From contig NZ_JBAWDL010000158.1 in assembly GCF_049590715.1 (NCBI RefSeq), positions 1 to 62,251 of the forward strand: a stretch of DNA of 62,251 nucleotides. Reading direction: 5' to 3'. Below, one piece after another: positions 56,729-62,251 of the stretch (positions are counted from its first letter, which is position 1; each line of letters begins with the position of its first letter). A program made the position numbers and the translations under genes. This DNA comes from Flavobacterium sp. (GTDB lineage Bacteria > Bacteroidota > Bacteroidia > Flavobacteriales > Flavobacteriaceae). A model generated the notes under the pieces. The model did no database searches, was not told where the DNA came from, and saw only the letters and a program-made list of their open reading frames with translations.

Positions 56729-58309
56729 ATGAATAAAATGTTTTTTAGATTATTAGTTTTATTAATGAGTTTGTCTTTAATAGGCATAATTCTTGTTCAG
56801 GTGTATTGGTTCAATACTTCGTTTAAAAATAACGATGAGCAATTTAAATTTCATGTTAAACAAGTTATTGGCAATGTTGCTGATAAATTAGAAAAACAAG
56901 AAGCTTATAGTTTTTATGACAAATACAATCATTACAAAGATAGTACAGGTAAAATTCCGCAAAAAGATGACTTGCTAGAGTTTTATTATGTTCAAAAAAA
57001 CCCAAAAACGAATGAAACAATCGTTTATTCGAATAGTGTGATATCTGAAGATTACAATATATCTTCATCGTTCTTTGATAAAAAATTTAATAGCGAAAGA
57101 TTTAAAAATTTTAGCTCTAAGAGAGTGACAGAGGTTTATAATAATATCAATATTGATAAACCAAACTTTCAACAGAATTTGACTCCAAACATTAAAATTG
57201 AAAAAGCAGGAAATTTAGATATTCTAGATAATGCTCAATTTGAAATATTCTTTAAGGATATTGCCTCAGTAATGCCACTAGAAGAACGTACTACTAATGA
57301 GAAATTGCAAAAACTAATTAAAAAAGAATTAGAGCAATACGGAGTTAATACTAAGTTTGAATTTGCAATTTATAATAATGGTGTAGAGTCAAAAATAAAA
57401 TCAAGTGGTTTTTGTAATAAAGAAGAAGGATATTCGATTCCAGTATTTTCTGATAATGAAGGAAATGATAAATACAAGTTATTTGTCATGTTCCCAAATA
57501 AAAAGAAATTTTTGCTATCTGAATTGGTAAGTATTACAATCTTATCGATCATCTTTACACTGATTATTTTGATTGCTTATACTAGCGCTTTAAATCAACT
57601 AATAAGACAACGACAGATATCAGAAATCAAAACGGATTTTATTAATAATATGACGCATGAGTTCAAAACACCTATTGCGACAATTAATTTAGCCTTAGAT
57701 GCCATAAAGAACCCGAAAATTATAGAAGACAAAGAAAAAGTCTTTAAGTATTTACAAATGATTCGGGATGAAAATAAGCGTATGCATGCTCAAGTTGAGA
57801 ATGTCTTACGAATTTCGAAACTAGAGAAAAAAGAATTAGATATTGAAAAGGAATCGACTAATATTGAGGAAATAATAGAAGATGCTATCGAGCATGTAAG
57901 TTTGATTTTAGAAGATAGAGAGGGATCAATTACGAGTCATTTTGAAGCGAATCGCAATAGTGTATTGGTTAATGAAGGACATTTTACAAATGTGGTCGTT
58001 AATATTTTAGAGAATGCTATTAAATATTCACCTGAGCCTCCTGAAATTGATATTTATACAGAGAATATTAAAGATATGATTCTGATTAAAATCCAAGATA
58101 GGGGATTAGGAATGAGTAAAGTCGCTCAGAAAAGAGTTTTTGAAAAGTTTTACAGAGAACATACAGGTGATATTCACAATGTAAAAGGACACGGTCTTGG
58201 ATTGGCTTATGTAAAACGAATTGTTGAAGACCATAATGGTCAAGTTTATGTAGAAAGTGAAAAGGGAAAAGGAAGTACCTTTATTATAAAAATACCATTA
58301 ATTAATTAA
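56729..58309 (+). CDS. Sensor histidine kinase (RprX-like)
   Basis: Two TM segments; NMTHEFKTP, NILENAIKY, KGHGLGL. Confidence 0.95.
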   Translation: MNKMFFRLLVLLMSLSLIGIILVQVYWFNTSFKNNDEQFKFHVKQVIGNVADKLEKQEAYSFYDKYNHYKDSTGKIPQKDDLLEFYYVQKNPKTNETIVYSNSVISEDYNISSSFFDKKFNSERFKNFSSKRVTEVYNNINIDKPNFQQNLTPNIKIEKAGNLDILDNAQFEIFFKDIASVMPLEERTTNEKLQKLIKKELEQYGVNTKFEFAIYNNGVESKIKSSGFCNKEEGYSIPVFSDNEGNDKYKLFVMFPNKKKFLLSELVSITILSIIFTLIILIAYTSALNQLIRQRQISEIKTDFINNMTHEFKTPIATINLALDAIKNPKIIEDKEKVFKYLQMIRDENKRMHAQVENVLRISKLEKKELDIEKESTNIEEIIEDAIEHVSLILEDREGSITSHFEANRNSVLVNEGHFTNVVVNILENAIKYSPEPPEIDIYTENIKDMILIKIQDRGLGMSKVAQKRVFEKFYREHTGDIHNVKGHGLGLAYVKRIVEDHNGQVYVESEKGKGSTFIIKIPLIN

Positions 58310-58312
58310 GAT

Positions 58313-59020
58313 ATGGAAAATATAAATAAAAGAATACTCTTAGTTGAGGACGATTTGAATTTTGGTGCAGTTCTAAAAGATTATTTAATGCTAAATGACT
58401 TTGATGTTACCTTAGCCAAAAATGGTATGGAAGGTTTCGAAAAATTCAAAAAAGACAACTATGATTTGTGTATTTTGGATGTCATGATGCCATATAAAGA
58501 TGGTTATACATTAGCTAAAGAAATTAGAGAAAAAAATAGCGAAGTGCCTATTATTTTCTTAACAGCGAAGTCAATGAAAGAAGATGTTCTAAAAGGATAT
58601 AAAGCGGGAGCTGATGATTATTTGAACAAACCTTTTGATTCAGAAGTTTTATTGATGAAGATTAAGGCTATTATCCAACGTAAATCTTCTGATGTAAAAG
58701 CAGAACAAGTACAGTTTGAATTCAATGTGGGACAATTTCACCTGAACTCAAAATTACGTTTCTTAACGTTTGCTAATAATGAGCCAACCAAATTATCTCC
58801 AAAAGAGAATGAATTATTGAAAATGTTGATCCTTCATGAAAATGATTTAATGCCAAGGGAATTAGCACTGACTAAAATCTGGAGAGATGATAATTATTTT
58901 ACATCACGTAGTATGGATGTATATATCGCTAAATTACGTAAGTATTTGAAACAAGACGAAAATGTTGAAATCCTAAATATTCACGGAGAAGGATTTAGAC
59001 TAGTAGTCAAAAAAGAGTAA
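58313..59020 (+). CDS. OmpR-family response regulator (RprY-like)
   Basis: LLVEDD, LDVMMP, FLTA, KPF, RSMDVYIAKLRK. Confidence 0.95.
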   Translation: MENINKRILLVEDDLNFGAVLKDYLMLNDFDVTLAKNGMEGFEKFKKDNYDLCILDVMMPYKDGYTLAKEIREKNSEVPIIFLTAKSMKEDVLKGYKAGADDYLNKPFDSEVLLMKIKAIIQRKSSDVKAEQVQFEFNVGQFHLNSKLRFLTFANNEPTKLSPKENELLKMLILHENDLMPRELALTKIWRDDNYFTSRSMDVYIAKLRKYLKQDENVEILNIHGEGFRLVVKKE

Positions 59021-59026
59021 TAATTG

Positions 59027-59056
59027 AAAGCTTCGAGAAATCGGAGCTTTTTTTTA
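59027..59056 (+). terminator. Terminator after the response regulator
   Basis: AAAGCTTCGA/TCGGAGCTTT stem with T-tract. Confidence 0.8.
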
Positions 59057-59097
59057 TAAAATTAGTTGCGAATTTCTTTACTATTTTTCAAGTCCTG

Positions 59098-59489
59098 ATG
59101 AAACAATTATTAGAAAACATTAAAAGTTGTACCGTATTTGAGTTGTTTTTACCATATGTGCCACGACCAGTAGTGCAAGCGAGTTCAAAAACCTAAATTG
59201 TTATTATAAGACAACCTCCTGGCTAAAAAGTACAAGAATCTAGTATTCCTAGGGATGATCAAAGTGGTAATGAATTACGACGTTAGTTGAATGTTACCAA
59301 AGCGCAATTTTATAATCCAGATTTGTTTGCTTTAATTCCTATGGGATTTTGTTTCCCTGAAAAAGGAAAAATGATCATTTGCTCCTTAACCCATCACCAC
59401 GCAATAAAATTTGGCAAAAGAAGAATCCTTGTTTTGAAACGGATGTAATTCCAATTTTGCAAAATAGTGTAAAAATTTATTTAGATTAA
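59098..59489 (+). pseudogene. Uracil-DNA glycosylase family pseudogene
   Basis: MKQLLENIKSCTV..PRPV..*IVIIRQPPG*KV..DDQSGNELRR*L..FYNP..IPMGFCFP then, in another frame, NPSPRNKIWQKKNPCFE; stops at 59194, 59224, 59284. Confidence 0.88.
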
Positions 59490-60221
59490 ATTCAATTGTA
59501 AAGCATAACAATTTTTATTTTCTTTAGTAATACTAAAAACAATAGATTTTGTAGAGATGTTTTCATGAATTACTACTTTATCTCTAAGAGAAAGTTCTTG
59601 CATAAAATTCATTTCAAAGCTTTTTATTTCTTGATTTAAAATAATTTTCTCGTCGACTAGATCCATACACCATTCTAAATATTTGACATTATTAACATGG
59701 TTGACAATATCCAAATCAGAGAGAATAACTATTTTTTCAAAAACTTCTTCTTTTTCTGGGTTGATGTCTATTTTAGAAAACGCTTCTGCTGTTGCTTTTA
59801 AGTTTGGGAATAACACGAAATGATCGTGTGGTAAACTAAGCAGTTCAGGACGACGTTTTTTAGTGTTAAATACTGCCCAAAAAGTTTCACATCCCGCAAT
59901 TTTTTTGTTGTTAACATAGATTTCTAAAGCACGAATTGAGCGCGAGTTTTCTAAAGTATTGATCCAAGTTTTTACCGTTACCACATCACGCCATTGTGGC
60001 AAAGCAGTAATTTCTACACGCATTCTACTTAGTACCCAAGCTTGATCAAATTCTTGCATATCACTAAAACTGATACCTCCTAAATCTGCGTGAGTAGCAG
60101 CAGTGAGTTGTAATAAGTTGCATAACTCCGTATATTTTAAACGTCCAGATGGTAAGCATTGAGTGAAATTAATTTCGTATTCTTTGCTATAAACAGAGGT
60201 GAATAGAGGTGATAGAGGCAT
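59481..60221 (-). CDS. Acyl-ACP thioesterase
   Basis: AWVLSRM, SDLDIVNHVNNVKYLEW. Confidence 0.92.
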   Translation of the reverse strand: MPLSPLFTSVYSKEYEINFTQCLPSGRLKYTELCNLLQLTAATHADLGGISFSDMQEFDQAWVLSRMRVEITALPQWRDVVTVKTWINTLENSRSIRALEIYVNNKKIAGCETFWAVFNTKKRRPELLSLPHDHFVLFPNLKATAEAFSKIDINPEKEEVFEKIVILSDLDIVNHVNNVKYLEWCMDLVDEKIILNQEIKSFEMNFMQELSLRDKVVIHENISTKSIVFSITKENKNCYALQLNLI

Positions 60222-60310
60222 TTTTGGTTTTAGTTAAAAAGTTATGTGTTATTGGTTAGGAGTTATTCGTTCGGTATTGGAATATGGAATTTATTTGATT
60301 TTGAATTAAG

Positions 60311-61234
60311 TTATCGATTCAAGATTCCTTCAATATATTTGATTATTTCTTTTTTTGGAGTCAAAAAATCAAACCATTTGGTGTTTTTATCTCTTTTGAA
60401 CCAAGTGAGTTGGCGTTTGGCAAAACGGCGGGTATTTTTTTTGATTTCTTCGATTGCAAAATCTAGTTTGATTTCGCCATCAAAATACTGGAACAATTCT
60501 CTATAGCCCACGGTTTGCAATGCATTCAGTTCTTTATGAGCGTATAGTTTTTTGGCTTCAGCCAAAAGCCCTTCGCTTATCATGATGTCCACACGCAAGT
60601 TAATGCGGTTGTACATCACAGGACGAATAGCTTCTAATCCGATGAGAATAGGAGTAAAGGATCGACTGTTGGTTTTTTGGTTTAAAAAGGAAGAATATGG
60701 CTTTCCTGATCCAATACAGACTTCCACAAAACGCATCATACGTTGCGGATTTTGTAACGTTTGAGCATTTTCATTTGTGATGGATTGAAAATAGTCTGGG
60801 TCTAAGGCTTGGAGTTGCTGTTGCAAATATCCGATGCCTAATTGTTCGTACTTCGAATTTACTTCGGTGCGAATAGCAGGATCTATTTCAGGGAATTCAT
60901 CAAAACCTTTTAGTACAGCATTGACGTATAATCCTGAACCGCCTACTAAAACTACATAATCATTGGTTTGAAACAATGCTTCGATTTTAGTTATAGCTTC
61001 TTTCTCGAAATCGCCTACGGTGTAGTTTTCAAAAATGGATTTATTTTGAATGAAATGATGCGTTGCCGAAGCCAATTCGGTGGGATTGGGAACTGCAGTT
61101 CCGATCGTCATTTCTTTGAAAAACTGACGGCTGTCACACGAAACAATTTCGCATTGATAATGATTCGCTAATTGAATGCTCAATGCTGTTTTGCCAATGG
61201 CTGTGGGACCGATAATAGTAATTAGGTACTTCAT
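60311..61234 (-). CDS. miaA: tRNA dimethylallyltransferase
   Basis: GPTAIGKT, DSRQ, IGTA, GGSGLY, TRRFAKRQLTWF. Confidence 0.97.
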   Translation of the reverse strand: MKYLITIIGPTAIGKTALSIQLANHYQCEIVSCDSRQFFKEMTIGTAVPNPTELASATHHFIQNKSIFENYTVGDFEKEAITKIEALFQTNDYVVLVGGSGLYVNAVLKGFDEFPEIDPAIRTEVNSKYEQLGIGYLQQQLQALDPDYFQSITNENAQTLQNPQRMMRFVEVCIGSGKPYSSFLNQKTNSRSFTPILIGLEAIRPVMYNRINLRVDIMISEGLLAEAKKLYAHKELNALQTVGYRELFQYFDGEIKLDFAIEEIKKNTRRFAKRQLTWFKRDKNTKWFDFLTPKKEIIKYIEGILNR

Positions 61235-61240
61235 AGTTTT

Positions 61241-61383
61241 TAGCCCAGATAGAAACGAAAACCCCGGACGACTGCAAGTTAGTATTTCTTGTTATAAAAG
61301 AGCGACTTTAGAAGCTCCTTTTATAACTTAGAAATACAACTTGAAGGAGGAGGAGTTGTAGTGTATAGCTGGAATTAGCTTCA
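61241..61383 (-). ncRNA. Structured intergenic repeat element, Flavo-1-like, long copy
   Basis: Minus strand GAAGCTAATTCCAGCT...TATCTGGGCTA; long inner hairpin; same termini as 53186..53263. Confidence 0.55.
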
Positions 61384-61393
61384 TAAATGGATT

Positions 61394-62227
61394 TTAATTC
61401 TTTAAAACATGGCCGCATTGAGGGCAAAATCTGGTATTAGTAGGATAATCATCAGATCCACAACCTGAACAAGGTGCTTCTGGATGTTGGGTCGAAGAAT
61501 GGCTTCTTTTGGCTATTTCAGCCGAAACAATTCCAGTGGGAACGGCGATAATACCATATCCCAAAATCATTACAAAAGAGGCAATGAATTGTCCCAGCGG
61601 TGTAACGGGAGAAATATCCCCATATCCCACAGTTGTCAGGGTTACTATAGTCCAATAGATTCCTGCGGGAATACTGGTAAAACCACTTTCTTTACCTTCT
61701 ACAAGATACATCACGGAACCAATAACAATGGTAATGATGAGTACAAAATAGATGAAAACAATGATTTTTCCTTTACTGGCGTTTATTGCATCCTTAAGTT
61801 GGACGGATTGACTGTTAAATTGTGGATGGTTTAGAATTTTGAATAATCGTAACAATCGCAAGGAACGGACAACGCTAAAAACATTGGAACTAAGGAAAAA
61901 CAAGGACAAGTACATGGGTAAAATAGCAAGCAAATCGATAATGCCATAAAAACTAAAGATATATTTCCAAGGTTTGTTGATGGTGAGGATGCGTAAAAAA
62001 TATTCGAGGGTAAAGAAAAAAGTAATCGCCCATTCCAGAAAAACAAGCTCAAAATGGTATTTAGCATCAAATCCTGCCACAGTTTCCATCATAACCAAAA
62101 GGACGCTGAGAAGTATGAGTCCTAATAAAATCAGGTCAAACAAGCGCCCTGCCTTAGTACTTGTACCATAGATTATGATATAAACTTTTTGTCGGAAGCG
62201 TTCGTAATTTGACTTTATATTTGGCAT
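61394..62227 (-). CDS. Six-TM potassium channel / ion transporter with C-terminal zinc ribbon
   Basis: S4 RSLRLLRLFK, filter TTVGYGD, CSGC...CPQCG. Confidence 0.92.
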   Translation of the reverse strand: MPNIKSNYERFRQKVYIIIYGTSTKAGRLFDLILLGLILLSVLLVMMETVAGFDAKYHFELVFLEWAITFFFTLEYFLRILTINKPWKYIFSFYGIIDLLAILPMYLSLFFLSSNVFSVVRSLRLLRLFKILNHPQFNSQSVQLKDAINASKGKIIVFIYFVLIITIVIGSVMYLVEGKESGFTSIPAGIYWTIVTLTTVGYGDISPVTPLGQFIASFVMILGYGIIAVPTGIVSAEIAKRSHSSTQHPEAPCSGCGSDDYPTNTRFCPQCGHVLKN

Positions 62228-62251
62228 AGTTAATGATAAAATGGTTTTAGT

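Overview
AT-rich chromosomal segment of a Bacteroidetes bacterium, very probably Flavobacterium (TAnnTTTG promoters, T9SS type B cargo-SprF-PorE triplet, fused E1 alpha/beta dehydrogenase, pheT without pheS). Most of it is core genome: tsaD, rsmE, tamB, pfkA-gap-kinase-mgsA, glmM, holA, ettA, pheT, menB, menA, coaE, a two-component system and miaA. The first ~9 kb is accessory. It holds an ECF sigma factor with a twice-repeated candidate promoter, surface lipoproteins, an SbtA bicarbonate transporter with a CbbR/CmpR-like LysR regulator, and a SatD-DUF3307 pair. The SatD-DUF3307 pair is the best candidate for an uncharacterised system: a nucleotide-cyclase-like domain fused to an HTH, a His/Asp-rich membrane protein, and a precisely phased triple palindrome upstream. 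Other notable observations are a probable ATC start for tamB, two copies of a Flavo-1-like structured element, several heptamer-repeat inverted elements, a catalytically degenerate M1-like protein and an unannotated uracil-DNA glycosylase pseudogene. No rRNA, tRNA, CRISPR array, transposase or prophage was recognised. All family calls come from motif recognition by eye, not from database searches.
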